From an uncultured archaeon (GTDB taxonomy: Archaea; Iainarchaeota; Iainarchaeia; Iainarchaeales; CSSED10-239): a DNA stretch of 20,050 nucleotides. The stretch spans positions 17,759 through 37,808 of the forward strand of contig CAZCAP010000007.1 in NCBI GenBank assembly GCA_964496765.1, in the 5' to 3' direction. The position numbers were made by a program, and so were the translations under genes. The notes below the pieces were generated by a model. It saw only the letters and a program-made list of their open reading frames with translations. It was not told the DNA's origin and ran no database searches. Position 1 is the stretch's first letter. Each line of letters opens with the position of its first letter. Of the stretch, positions 1 to 9,822 are shown piece by piece.

Positions 1-52
1 TTTTTAAAAAACAGTTCTATTTTTAAAAGCTTATTTTAAATATCTATAATAT

Positions 53-727
53 ATGATAAAGATAGATAACTATTATAAGTTTGTAGGATCCAGTTTTGGA
101 CTTGCATACTTTATTGGGCTAACAATTGCATTAATATATATTCTACTTGGAGCAAGCTATCCAGTTCCTGAAAGCTTTACTGGTTCTCTTCATCTAACTT
201 CTCAGATTTATTTTAAAACAACCTATTTGGAGATGTCAAACACTTCTTTTAATTTAGCAATAATACCTTTTTCCTATCTAATTGAAGCAGTTAACTATGG
301 TTTCACACACATGGTGCTATTGACCTCATCCTTTTTAGGGCAAATCAAATTATTTGTTCAACTACTACCACAACTTCTTTTCTTCTTGAGCTTCATTATA
401 TTCTCAACAATTGGATTAAAAGTAGTACTTTATATAATTAAGAATATTGTTAATTATTTATTACAGAAGAAAGATAAATATAGAAAGCTTGAATTAAAAA
501 TATTTTCAAAGGATGATATTATTTTTTGTTTTATAGGAATACTGAGTCTGTTGGTTGGAACCCTATTTCAATTAAAGCTAATTAAGATTATGTTTATATT
601 TTTAATTAATTTCAAAGCAATTACGTTTGTATTAATTTTATTATTGTATATTATTTTAATTTTAATTTCTGGATATACTTTGTATAATCTTGGATTTGAC
701 GTTTATAATGAATTAAATAAAAAATAA
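53..727 (+). CDS. polytopic membrane protein, unknown function
   Basis: 224-aa ORF with several long hydrophobic segments (FGLAYFIGLTIALIYILLG, LLFFLSFIIFSTIGLKVVLYII, ITFVLILLLYIILILISGY). It stops 14 nt before the same-strand ATPase gene, which suggests an operon. Confidence 0.6.
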   Translation: MIKIDNYYKFVGSSFGLAYFIGLTIALIYILLGASYPVPESFTGSLHLTSQIYFKTTYLEMSNTSFNLAIIPFSYLIEAVNYGFTHMVLLTSSFLGQIKLFVQLLPQLLFFLSFIIFSTIGLKVVLYIIKNIVNYLLQKKDKYRKLELKIFSKDDIIFCFIGILSLLVGTLFQLKLIKIMFIFLINFKAITFVLILLLYIILILISGYTLYNLGFDVYNELNKK

Positions 728-741
728 ATTAGGAATTAAAA

Positions 742-2037
742 ATGGGAATTGATTTTAAAGAAGAAGATGTCATAGTTGGAAGATCACAAAATCAGATTGA
801 TAAGTATGGGTCTAAGGGAACAGGATATATTGGTAAGGTTGTTGTTTCTGCTGGTGATGATCCAGTTCTTGGTAAAAAAGTATTAATGGATTTATCAAAA
901 TCACATGTTATGATTATTTGCGGAAAAAGGGGTGGGGGAAAATCGTACAGCACATCAGTAATTATTGAAGAATTCTGCAAACAACCCTTCGACATTAAAG
1001 AAAGATTATCAGTTATTGTTATTGATACTGTTGGTATATTCTGGACAATGAAGTATGCAAACAAGGGAGAAGATGAAAGTCTTTCAAAATGGGATCTTAA
1101 GGCAGAAGGAGTAGATATTAGAAACATGATTCCTTTTGGTAAACAAGATTTCTATAGAGAAAAAAATATTCCATTCGATATCCCTTTTTCAATTAGAACA
1201 TCACAGATGGATTTAGAAGATTGGCTTGGAATGTTTCGTTTAAGCTGGAAAGATCCAGAAACATCTCTTCTTTCAAGAACAATGGAAGCAATCAGAGAAA
1301 AGGTTGGAACACTCTATGATATTGATGATATTATGAAGGTCGCATTAAAAGATGAAGAAACAACAATTGATGTTAAAAATTCACTGGTTAATAGATTAAA
1401 GGTTGCTAAGGGCTGGGGACTATTTTCAAAACAAGGAACAACTACTAAAGAGTTTGCAAGACCAGCAACAATTACTGTTATTGATGTTTCAACCTACAAA
1501 CAAACAATTGGAATGGAAGCAGTTTCTGAACTCATTGTTGGATTGCTTGGAAAAAGATTATACGAAGAAAGAATGCTCTATAGAAAGGAAGAAGAAATGA
1601 ATCTTCTATCTGGAAAAAAGAAAGAAAGTGAAATGCCTATTATTTGGATGATGATTGATGAGGCACACATGTTCATGCCCCAGGATAGACCAAGTATGGC
1701 TCTAGATGTTCTTCTCCAATGGATTAGGGTTGGTAGACAACCAGGACTTTCTTTACTTCTTGCAACCCAGAGACCAAACAAGCTCCATTCAGAAGCAATT
1801 TCCCAATGTGATCTATTCCTTTCAATGAGAATGACAGCCCAGGAAGACATTAATGCAGTATCTGCAATCAGACCAAGCTATCTAAACTTACCAATAGACA
1901 AATTTTATGCTCAAATGCCAAAATCCCAGGGATATGCTATTCTTCTGGATGATAATTCTGAGAAGATGATGCTAATTAAGATTAGACCAAGATTAACCTG
2001 GGATGGAGGAAAGACCGCAAACGTTTTTGTTGATTAA
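742..2037 (+). CDS. HerA/FtsK-like P-loop ATPase (DUF87-type)
   Basis: 431-aa ORF. Walker A is CGKRGGGKSYS. The Walker B-like motif WMMIDEAHMF is followed by LLLATQRPNKL, as in HerA/FtsK-clade ATPases. Family assignment is from motif memory only. Confidence 0.75.
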   Translation: MGIDFKEEDVIVGRSQNQIDKYGSKGTGYIGKVVVSAGDDPVLGKKVLMDLSKSHVMIICGKRGGGKSYSTSVIIEEFCKQPFDIKERLSVIVIDTVGIFWTMKYANKGEDESLSKWDLKAEGVDIRNMIPFGKQDFYREKNIPFDIPFSIRTSQMDLEDWLGMFRLSWKDPETSLLSRTMEAIREKVGTLYDIDDIMKVALKDEETTIDVKNSLVNRLKVAKGWGLFSKQGTTTKEFARPATITVIDVSTYKQTIGMEAVSELIVGLLGKRLYEERMLYRKEEEMNLLSGKKKESEMPIIWMMIDEAHMFMPQDRPSMALDVLLQWIRVGRQPGLSLLLATQRPNKLHSEAISQCDLFLSMRMTAQEDINAVSAIRPSYLNLPIDKFYAQMPKSQGYAILLDDNSEKMMLIKIRPRLTWDGGKTANVFVD

Positions 2038-2041
2038 ATAA

Positions 2042-3433
2042 TTATTTTGATCTAATTTTATGAAGTATCCTTCTTTCCTGTGCAGATAGAACATGCCAAA
2101 AGTGCTTAACACTATAGGCAACTGGTTTTTGTAAAATTATGTTTGCATATAGATTCACTGGTTTCTTATTTACATCTTTTATTCTTCTTGAATAAATAAA
2201 CGCAATAAATCTAAACACCATTGATATGATTATTACCAATAGGATTGCCTGCATTTCATTACCATATATAGACTTACCTATTGAAATTATTCCAGCACCT
2301 AGTAGAGAACCAATAACCATAGCGAATGCTTGAAAGATATAAAAGAAAGACATATGATTAATTAGATCAACCTTAACATTTTGATAAAAATAATTTATAA
2401 TTGCATAATTAAATCCTGCAAAAACAATTCCTGATAGGAACTGAAGAATAATTAAAACTGGTAGGTATTGCACAAAGAAGTATTCCACAAATAGAGTAAA
2501 TGGAATAAAGGCAATTGTAGTTTTAATAATCTTAACTGCTCCATACTTATTTGAAATATAACCCCAATAGTATAAACTAAACACAGACCCTAAAACAAAT
2601 GCAGCAAACCATAAAATATAATTGGAATAACTAAATTGTAATACATTTAATAACAAATATGGAAAATATGATGTAGATATATACAATCCAAAGTAAAAAA
2701 GTAAAATGAATATTAAAAAATTTAAAAAGGCTTTATCCTTTAAAACCTCTTTTTTAAACACAGAAAAAATTGGTTTTGCCATTATTTTTGTTTCACTAAC
2801 GATTTCTTCTCTATCCTCTGTTTTGCTCATCCTATTTAAAAATCTAGATGAAATAAATCTAAATAATCCAGCACATAAAAACAATATCACGAATCCAATT
2901 AATTGTGGATCCGATCTAACAACATCAAGAAGAAGTCCAGCAAAAATAATTGGAAGAAGAGAAAACAAATCAAGTATAAGATTCTTTGATGCAATAAACT
3001 TACCGATTTTTTCAGGAGGAAAAATCTTTCTAATCCAATCACGATAAATTGGATCCAGAAGAAGTCCAGAACCAATCAGCAGGGTATACACAATAATAAT
3101 TACCCAAACTACAGTTGTTCCAGTAAATAAAAATTTAACAAGTGCAAGTGGAATCCAAAGGAATGCCTGAAGTGTTATAAAAAAAACAACAGCCTGTCTT
3201 TTTGAATTAAACTTACTTAATATTTTATAGGATATTAATACAAGGAAGGAAGTAACAAAGATAGGAACAGTATCTATTAACCCAACCTGTAACGGAGATG
3301 CACCAAGAGTAATTATAAATGGAACAAGAAAAGATAAACCAATTGAGTTCATTAAAACATAAAATATTCCATCACTAATTGAATATTTTGTGTCTCTTTT
3401 AATCTGTGGATTAGTATTTTGAAAATTTAACAT
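2042..3433 (-). CDS. polytopic membrane transporter, MFS-like
   Basis: 463-aa ORF that is almost entirely hydrophobic, with about 12 helices by eye and a central charged loop (MSKTEDREEIVSETK) like the MFS 6+6 layout. No diagnostic motif was confirmed. Confidence 0.6.
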   Translation of the reverse strand: MLNFQNTNPQIKRDTKYSISDGIFYVLMNSIGLSFLVPFIITLGASPLQVGLIDTVPIFVTSFLVLISYKILSKFNSKRQAVVFFITLQAFLWIPLALVKFLFTGTTVVWVIIIVYTLLIGSGLLLDPIYRDWIRKIFPPEKIGKFIASKNLILDLFSLLPIIFAGLLLDVVRSDPQLIGFVILFLCAGLFRFISSRFLNRMSKTEDREEIVSETKIMAKPIFSVFKKEVLKDKAFLNFLIFILLFYFGLYISTSYFPYLLLNVLQFSYSNYILWFAAFVLGSVFSLYYWGYISNKYGAVKIIKTTIAFIPFTLFVEYFFVQYLPVLIILQFLSGIVFAGFNYAIINYFYQNVKVDLINHMSFFYIFQAFAMVIGSLLGAGIISIGKSIYGNEMQAILLVIIISMVFRFIAFIYSRRIKDVNKKPVNLYANIILQKPVAYSVKHFWHVLSAQERRILHKIRSK

Positions 3434-3512
3434 AAATAATTCTATTTCTAATTAGTTTACTATAAATTGATAGTCAGAAATATTTATAAAGAAGATTTAA
3501 GATCAAAAATAG

Positions 3513-3586
3513 TGCCCGAAGGGGGATTCGGACCCCCGTTATCAGAGTGAGAGTCTGATGTGATTACCGAGCTACACTATTCGGGC
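3513..3586 (-). tRNA. tRNA-Glu (anticodon CUC)
   Basis: The reverse complement folds as a cloverleaf: acceptor GCCCGAA/TTCGGGC, anticodon arm TCAGA-CTCTCAC-TCTGA (anticodon CTC), 4-nt variable loop, T arm GGGGG-TCCGAAT-CCCCC, discriminator A. No CCA is encoded. Confidence 0.9.
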
Positions 3587-3661
3587 AACAATTATCTTAA
3601 AACCTGTTAAAAATTAGATCTCTCACAATATATATTATAAATGTAAATCTATTTAAACCCA

Positions 3662-4279
3662 TTATTTCTTTCTTCTTGAGGACTTTTTAGGAGGACTTAC
3701 TTTGCTTTTCTTCTGTTTTGGTTTTGGTTCCTCAATCTCTTCTTCAAATTCAGGTTCATCTTCGTTATCTTCATTCTCAATTGCCTGATCTTCATCCTCC
3801 AATGATTCTTCCTCAGGAAGTAAACCATCAAGCTCATTGTCCTCTTCTTCAAAGTTATATTCTTCATCTACTTCTTCATCTAATCTTTTTCTGGAGATTG
3901 ATTCTTCTTTCCTAATACCAAGAACATTAGTTTCCTCTGCTTTAATATTTCTAAAGTGAAGCACATAGAACACTATAAAGTTTAATAAAATAAAACAAAT
4001 TATAATTTGATAAAACAAACCTTGGGCATATATTATTAATAGTCTTACAAGAAGAAGGATGCTTGCAAATATCTCAATATATGATAAATATCTTTCTCTG
4101 GAGAACAATTGGGTTGTGTTAACAAAAATAAAACCAAGAACAGCAAGTGAGATAAATAAACCTAATAAAAAAGGATTTGTAAAGAAGAAAGAAAGAACAG
4201 TAAACAAAAATAGTGCATAGGGTGCAATCTTTCTAAATATATTCTTTTTAATTGTAATTGTGGTCATATATTCTTCCAA
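3662..4279 (-). CDS. membrane protein with acidic, then basic, C-terminal tail
   Basis: 205-aa ORF with about 4 hydrophobic helices. These are followed by EEVDEEYNFEEEDNELDGLLPEEESLEDEDQAIENEDNEDEPEFEEEIEE and then KPKQKKSKVSPPKKSSRRKK. Confidence 0.6.
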   Translation of the reverse strand: MEEYMTTITIKKNIFRKIAPYALFLFTVLSFFFTNPFLLGLFISLAVLGFIFVNTTQLFSRERYLSYIEIFASILLLVRLLIIYAQGLFYQIIICFILLNFIVFYVLHFRNIKAEETNVLGIRKEESISRKRLDEEVDEEYNFEEEDNELDGLLPEEESLEDEDQAIENEDNEDEPEFEEEIEEPKPKQKKSKVSPPKKSSRRKK

Positions 4280-4299
4280 ACTTCTAATTTGATTAGAGA

Positions 4300-4307
4300 A
4301 TATTTAA
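4300..4307 (-). promoter_or_regulatory. candidate archaeal TATA box for the 3662..4279 gene
   Basis: The minus strand reads TTAAATAT, centred about 25 nt upstream of the ATG at 4279. The spacing fits a leaderless transcript. Such motifs are common by chance in AT-rich DNA. Confidence 0.3.
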
Positions 4308-4317
4308 GAGAAAAAGA

Positions 4318-4325
4318 TTTATAAA
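4318..4325 (+). promoter_or_regulatory. candidate archaeal TATA box for the 4349..4687 gene
   Basis: TTTATAAA is centred about 28 nt upstream of the ATG at 4349, a spacing that fits a leaderless transcript. It lies in a 69-bp divergent intergenic region. Confidence 0.3.
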
Positions 4326-4348
4326 CCGTACTAGAGATTAATTTAGTT

Positions 4349-4687
4349 ATGGCAATTAACAAGAAAAGAAAAATAGAAGTGAAAAAGAAAACTAATAAAT
4401 CATCTATTAGCAAAGTTAACAAAGAAACTCATTTTAAGTTACTTAATAGAAACTGTAGAAAAGCATTCAATAAAACAATAGGTGAGCTTGTGGGGAACTA
4501 TAATCCATTCTTTGGTTCAAAGTATCCTCTGGAAATTAGAAATAAAGCCACAAAACATATGGTTACTTACATGTATGAAAAAACAAAGGTTAAAGCATTA
4601 CCTGAAACCAGAAAGGAATTCATACAACTTCTTGAAGAAGCAGGAGACTATGCACGTGTTAAGATAATCCAAGATATAAAGAATTAG
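4349..4687 (+). CDS. small basic protein, unknown function
   Basis: 112-aa ORF with a lysine-rich N-terminus (KKRKIEVKKKTNK). No motif recognised. Confidence 0.5.
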   Translation: MAINKKRKIEVKKKTNKSSISKVNKETHFKLLNRNCRKAFNKTIGELVGNYNPFFGSKYPLEIRNKATKHMVTYMYEKTKVKALPETRKEFIQLLEEAGDYARVKIIQDIKN

Positions 4688-4746
4688 TTTCTAATCATTA
4701 ATGCAAAATCACAAACACTATTTTTTGTTTAAAAAAGAAAAAGAAA

Positions 4747-5205
4747 TTAGTTGCTTTTAAATAAAGCAACCATATCCTTTTGTACTTGGAATAAATAGAT
4801 TATCATATATACAATAAACATAAAGTATATTGATATAATCAATGGTAAAAGTCCTACTAATCCTACTTTAAATAAAATTGTGAGGGCAATTATGAAATAA
4901 ATAATAGCTCCTGCTCCAGATATATATAACTGAATCAATAGCATTATTCTACCATAGTTCTTGAACTTCCATAACCCACAGGCCATGATACAAGAATATA
5001 GCCCACATACTAGGAAAAGACCACCCATAAACACTAATAGTCCCTGTGCACCAGTTACTGATAATGCAGACCCAAAAGTACCTATAAAAGTACTTTTTAC
5101 AAAAATGAACAAAAATCCAAATACAACAAGAAATATACCTATAACCCAATTATTTATAGAAACAAATCTTGTAATAAATTGACTTAAAGACCAATTTTCA
5201 AACAT
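4747..5205 (-). CDS. small integral membrane protein
   Basis: 152-aa ORF with 4 clear hydrophobic helices. No motif recognised. Confidence 0.55.
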   Translation of the reverse strand: MFENWSLSQFITRFVSINNWVIGIFLVVFGFLFIFVKSTFIGTFGSALSVTGAQGLLVFMGGLFLVCGLYSCIMACGLWKFKNYGRIMLLIQLYISGAGAIIYFIIALTILFKVGLVGLLPLIISIYFMFIVYMIIYLFQVQKDMVALFKSN

Positions 5206-5289
5206 ATATAATTTCTCCTTTTTTAATTTATATATTATTAAATTTAATTAAATCTGGAGGCATAATATTTAAAAAGAGTATTTTTTAAT

Positions 5290-5790
5290 TTACTTAATGT
5301 ATTTTTTATAATTTTTAACAAAAAAAGGAATATCTCTCCAAATGTTTCTTACCATTTGCCTATCATATATTTCATTTACGAATCCACCAAGTTCATCTAA
5401 AGCTTCATTATTATCTTTAACAGGTACCTTCTTGTTATAGCAAACCTCATAAAATAGAGGAGACTTATAATTAAATTTTTCCTTAATGTATTGCTGGTGA
5501 TTAGTGGCCATGGACACAACCAAATTAGAATTAGTTATTTGCTCCTGGTTTAGCTTTTTTCTTCTATGCTTGGAACAATCAATCCCAAGTGTTAAAAGTT
5601 CTTCCTTGACCTCATAGAGAATGTTTTGAGGGTTATTACCAGTCACCCCAGCAGATGTAACTTCAATGTTTTTAATCTTATTTAGTTCACAGTATTTTCT
5701 AAGACAATACTCTGCAATCATGCTTCTAAAAACATTCCCTGTACAAACAAATAATATTTTAGTTGGTTTCATATATATAATATATAGCAT
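5290..5790 (-). CDS. low-molecular-weight phosphatase family (LMW-PTP / ArsC-like)
   Basis: The N-terminal sequence ILFVCTGNVFRSMIAE contains the C-X5-R-S P-loop signature. The true start is probably the internal MKPTK (ATG at 5772). Confidence 0.75.
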   Translation of the reverse strand: MLYIIYMKPTKILFVCTGNVFRSMIAEYCLRKYCELNKIKNIEVTSAGVTGNNPQNILYEVKEELLTLGIDCSKHRRKKLNQEQITNSNLVVSMATNHQQYIKEKFNYKSPLFYEVCYNKKVPVKDNNEALDELGGFVNEIYDRQMVRNIWRDIPFFVKNYKKYIK

Positions 5791-5838
5791 TATATTTATA
5801 TTATGGAGTAAAATAGAATTAACAAGCCACTAATCAAA

Positions 5839-8475
5839 TCAAGATTCAATTACCCAAAATCTTTTTTTATTGTTTATTGCTTTTAGGATATCAAAAATTA
5901 TAATGAATAGGAATCCAACCCCGATTGCAACCAACCAAGAAGTTATTCCTAAAGGAATGGTTCCAAAAAGCTTATTTAGAGGAGTATAGATAATTGCAAT
6001 TGTTGCTAAAATAGATATTAAAGATGCAAAGAAAAGATATTTGTTTGTAACTAAAGATCTTCTGAATACGCCTTTCCTGAATGATCTATAAATAAAAGCA
6101 CCTAATATTTCAAGTAGGATTAAAGTTAATAGAGCTGTTGTGGTTGCATGAATTGCATCAAATCCAAGAACATTAAAAGTAACATAATAGACTATTAATG
6201 TAAATCCTGCAATTATTATACTTGAAAATAAAAGTAAAAATATTAGATTCTTGGTTAATATATTTCTTTTTTTTGGTCTCTCATCCATAATATCATTTGA
6301 GGAAGGATTAAAACCAAGAGCAATGGCTGGTAGATTATCAGTAACTATATTCATAAACAATATTTGTAAAGGTAGAAGAATTGGTATTGGCCATCCTAGG
6401 CTTGTGGCTAAAATCACACCAAAAATAATTATAAATAATTCTGCAAAATTACAGGACAATTGATAGGTCATAAACTTTCTTAGGTTTGCAAAGATAGTTC
6501 TTCCTTCTTTAACAGCAGTAACTATGGTTGCGAAATTATCATCCTTTAATGTTAGATCTGCAACAGATCTTGAAACATCAGTACCAGTTTTGCCCATTGC
6601 AACCCCAACATGTGCTTCCTTTAATGCAGGAGCATCATTTACCCCGTCTCCTGTCATAGTAACAACTTCACCATGGGCTTTGAGTGCTTTAACTATCCTT
6701 AGCTTATGCTCTGGTCTTACTCTTGCAAAAACAACAACATTTTGTATGATTTTGAATAGTTCATCATCGGTTAATGCATCCATTTCATTACCATCAATCA
6801 CCTCACCATCTAATATTCCAATTTCTTTTGCAATGGCTGTTGCTGTTTCCTTGTTATCTCCAGTAATCATCTTTATTTTTATTCCTGCTTTTTTACAAAA
6901 CAAGATTGTTTCTTTAACTTCTTCTCTTGGAGGGTCTTCCATTCCCACAAATCCAATAAATATTAAATCAGATTCTAGATTTTTACTATCTATTTGATAT
7001 GCAAAGCCTAGTGTTCTTAGTGCTTTTTTTGTCATGTTCCTATTGTTTTCTAGGATTTCATCTTTATCTTTCTTAGTTAACTTTGAAACCCTACCATTTC
7101 TATGAATAGATGTACAATGATTTAATAGAACCTCAACAGCACCCTTAACATAAACTGTTTTTGTGTTTTTTTCTAAAACAAGAACATTCATCATTTTTCT
7201 TTCTGAACTAAACGGAATTTCATTCTCTCTAATAACTTCGAAATCATCTTTGAATATTTCAACCTTTGAAGCAAGGATTAGAAGTGCTGCTTCTGTTGGT
7301 GTTCCGGATATTTTATAACTTAAATCATCTTCAACTTTTCTAATTATTGCATCATTACAAAGAACTGATGATTTTAAGATCAAAGATAATTCTTTATTTT
7401 TATTTAAATCTATTTTTTTATTGTTAAGCAGGATTTCTCCTTTACTTTCAAAACCAATTCCAGTAACATCATATAAATTATTATTTGCAAAAACAGTTTT
7501 TACGGTCATCTCTCCCTTTGTTATGGTTCCAGTTTTATCTGAACAGATAACAGTTGTTTCTCCAAGTGTTTCAATAATTGACATTCTGCTTACAATTGCA
7601 TTTTTTTTTGCCATTCTATAAGCTCCAGAAGATAGGGTAGTAATTAGAACCACTGGTAGGCCTTCAGGAAATGCAGAAACTGAAATTGCAATAACTAAAA
7701 TAATAACATCCACAATAATTGCTTTTGTAATGAAAGGGGTTTTTAATAAAACTAGTACACCAGTTAATACTGCAAGAGACAGAGCAATAAAAGCCATTGT
7801 CTTTGTAATCTTATTTATTTTATCCTGAAGAGGGAGTTCCTTTTCTGCAGATGAAATCATACCTGCAATCTCACCAAACTTTGTGTTCATTCCTGTGTGT
7901 GTAACCTTCACAATACATTTACCACTAACTATGAATGAACCCATATAAACTTTATTTTCATCAACATAGTTTTCTTTATCTTTAGAAACTAGTTTTTTAA
8001 TTTCTTTTGATTCACCAGTTAGAATAGCTTCATTAACTAATAAATTGTTTTCTGATAAAATAACTGCATCAGCAGGAATTCTTTCACCTGTTCTTAATAT
8101 TAGAATATCTCCAGGAACAATTTCTGAGGATAGTATTTCTTTTTCTTTTGAATCCCTAATAACTAAGGTATTTGGTACTATCATTCTCTTAAGTGCAGAC
8201 ACTGCTTTTTCTGCTTTATATTCTTGAATAAATCCAGCACCCACAACAAGTACAATTACTCCAATAATTGTATAGGCAGTTACTGATTTTCCAACTATAA
8301 ATGAGAGAATGGTTGCACAAAGTAATAGATAAACAATGAAATTATTTTTAACTTGTCTTAGAAGAATAGTTAACAGAGATACTTTATTAACATCAACAAT
8401 TTCATTTAAACCAAATGTAGTTAAATTTTGTTTTGCTTCCTGTGCAGTAAGTCCATTATATAGCATAAATATCAA
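5839..8475 (-). CDS. P-type cation-transporting ATPase (P2/Ca2+-type-like)
   Basis: 878-aa ORF with the motifs TGES (LTGESKEI), the phosphorylation site ICSDKTGTIT, MITGDN and the hinge TGDGVNDAPALK, plus N- and C-terminal TM bundles. Confidence 0.9.
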   Translation of the reverse strand: MIFMLYNGLTAQEAKQNLTTFGLNEIVDVNKVSLLTILLRQVKNNFIVYLLLCATILSFIVGKSVTAYTIIGVIVLVVGAGFIQEYKAEKAVSALKRMIVPNTLVIRDSKEKEILSSEIVPGDILILRTGERIPADAVILSENNLLVNEAILTGESKEIKKLVSKDKENYVDENKVYMGSFIVSGKCIVKVTHTGMNTKFGEIAGMISSAEKELPLQDKINKITKTMAFIALSLAVLTGVLVLLKTPFITKAIIVDVIILVIAISVSAFPEGLPVVLITTLSSGAYRMAKKNAIVSRMSIIETLGETTVICSDKTGTITKGEMTVKTVFANNNLYDVTGIGFESKGEILLNNKKIDLNKNKELSLILKSSVLCNDAIIRKVEDDLSYKISGTPTEAALLILASKVEIFKDDFEVIRENEIPFSSERKMMNVLVLEKNTKTVYVKGAVEVLLNHCTSIHRNGRVSKLTKKDKDEILENNRNMTKKALRTLGFAYQIDSKNLESDLIFIGFVGMEDPPREEVKETILFCKKAGIKIKMITGDNKETATAIAKEIGILDGEVIDGNEMDALTDDELFKIIQNVVVFARVRPEHKLRIVKALKAHGEVVTMTGDGVNDAPALKEAHVGVAMGKTGTDVSRSVADLTLKDDNFATIVTAVKEGRTIFANLRKFMTYQLSCNFAELFIIIFGVILATSLGWPIPILLPLQILFMNIVTDNLPAIALGFNPSSNDIMDERPKKRNILTKNLIFLLLFSSIIIAGFTLIVYYVTFNVLGFDAIHATTTALLTLILLEILGAFIYRSFRKGVFRRSLVTNKYLFFASLISILATIAIIYTPLNKLFGTIPLGITSWLVAIGVGFLFIIIFDILKAINNKKRFWVIES

Positions 8476-8632
8476 ATATATTTTAAGTATATAATCTTAT
8501 ATATATGGCTTTATAAATATATAGATTACTAATAAAATAAATCAACTCCATCTCCATATATTTATATTATTATCACATCATATTCTATTATCCGCATCCA
8601 AACAAAGCTTGCTGGGTAATATTTTAAATTAA

Positions 8633-9814
8633 GTGATAAAAATGGGATTTACTAATTTTTTTAAAAAAATAATACGGAAAGAACCAACTGTTGAATATAA
8701 GCCAACTATCAAAGAATTAACTTTCAATGAAATTAAGGATTTAATTAAAAATAAGGAGACAGAAATTAATACTAGGGAAAAGGAAGTTTTTGTTTTAATT
8801 AAAAATAGAGCAAGCTCATTTGTTAGAGATATAAATCACAAAGTTAGAAATTTAGAAAGCACAGATGTCGAATCAAAGGACACCAATGAGAGAATAAAAT
8901 CAATTGTAAAAACAAATTTAAATAAGTATATAGAGCACGTGAAAAAACTTATAGAAGAAATAGATAACCTGAATGAAGATAATTTTGAACATTTTATTAA
9001 ATGGGTAAATAATCTCTTCATTGATTTTGAAAAAAAGTCCTATGTTAATTATCACAGAGCTGTTTTCTTGATAGGGCAAGATTTAATTGACATCAGAAAG
9101 AACATAGCTGACTTTTCTAAATCTTTAATAAGCATATTAGATAAAAACAAAGAAATAATAGGATCTTCTCGTCAGATTCATGCAATTCAACAAAAAATAA
9201 AACAAGTCTTTGAAGCCAATGAAGTTATTAAAGGATTTGATGAAAGAATTAATTTATTAAATGACAAAACAAAAGATCTAGAAAAAATTAATCAAACTCT
9301 GGATAATAAAATTAAAGAAATTAAAGAAAATAAAAGTCATAAAGAAAATATAAGACATAAAGAAAAAATAAAGGAAACAGAAAAAAATTTAAAAGAAGAA
9401 ATACATGAATTTAAAGGATTAATTGACTTTAAAGAATTAGGTAATATATTTCATAGTGAAGAGAAAAAAACAAAAATAATAAGAGCCTATAAAGAAAGGT
9501 TTGAAGAAACCTATTTAGAAGATAATGGAGCAAGCATTCTTCTCCTTCTTGATGAAGCAAAACTAAACACTAGTGGAATCTCACTTAAAATAAAGCAAAT
9601 CAACACTAAAAGAGAAGAACTAATTGTGCAGGAGTCAACCATTAAAAAAGACGAAACAGAAGATTTGTTAATTGAAATTAATAAAATCAAACTAGAAATT
9701 GAAAAACTAAAAACCGAAAAAGACGATGATTTAAAGAAAAGTGAAAAAATTAAACAACAAAGAGAAAAGATAATAAGTTCAATAAAACAAGAGTTAGCAA
9801 AAATGAACAAATAG
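8633..9814 (+). CDS. long coiled-coil protein, unknown function
   Basis: K/E/I/N-rich heptad-like sequence throughout. The track ORF starts at GTG 8633, but the ATG at 8642 (MGFTNFF) is the more likely start. Confidence 0.55.
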   Translation: MIKMGFTNFFKKIIRKEPTVEYKPTIKELTFNEIKDLIKNKETEINTREKEVFVLIKNRASSFVRDINHKVRNLESTDVESKDTNERIKSIVKTNLNKYIEHVKKLIEEIDNLNEDNFEHFIKWVNNLFIDFEKKSYVNYHRAVFLIGQDLIDIRKNIADFSKSLISILDKNKEIIGSSRQIHAIQQKIKQVFEANEVIKGFDERINLLNDKTKDLEKINQTLDNKIKEIKENKSHKENIRHKEKIKETEKNLKEEIHEFKGLIDFKELGNIFHSEEKKTKIIRAYKERFEETYLEDNGASILLLLDEAKLNTSGISLKIKQINTKREELIVQESTIKKDETEDLLIEINKIKLEIEKLKTEKDDDLKKSEKIKQQREKIISSIKQELAKMNK

Positions 9815-9822
9815 TTTATCAA

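Noticed and set aside
792-1850. Track ORFs 792..1127(-), 1403..1600(+) and 1578..1850(-)
   Set aside because: They are nested in, or antisense to, the HerA-like ATPase ORF. They look like frame shadows with no independent support.
742-2037. HerA as part of a HerA-NurA-Mre11-Rad50 repair operon
   Set aside because: None of the partner genes is present on either side within the window. The neighbours are a membrane protein and a transporter.
2706-3047. 113-aa plus-strand ORF
   Set aside because: It is antisense inside the 463-aa transporter ORF, and the long hydrophobic minus-strand frame is far more convincing. The same reasoning applies to 3718..3915, 4482..4667, 4949..5149, 4961..5182, 8836..9021, 9511..9822 and 9830..10018.
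6524-6997. 157-aa plus-strand ORF, and similar ones at 6251..6463, 7421..7621 and 8045..8227
   Set aside because: They lie entirely antisense within the P-type ATPase gene, whose motifs are unambiguous. The S/T/I-rich shadow translations have no motifs.
8633-8641. GTG start of the coiled-coil ORF
   Set aside because: An in-frame ATG lies three codons downstream at 8642 and is the more plausible start. The ORF call itself is kept.
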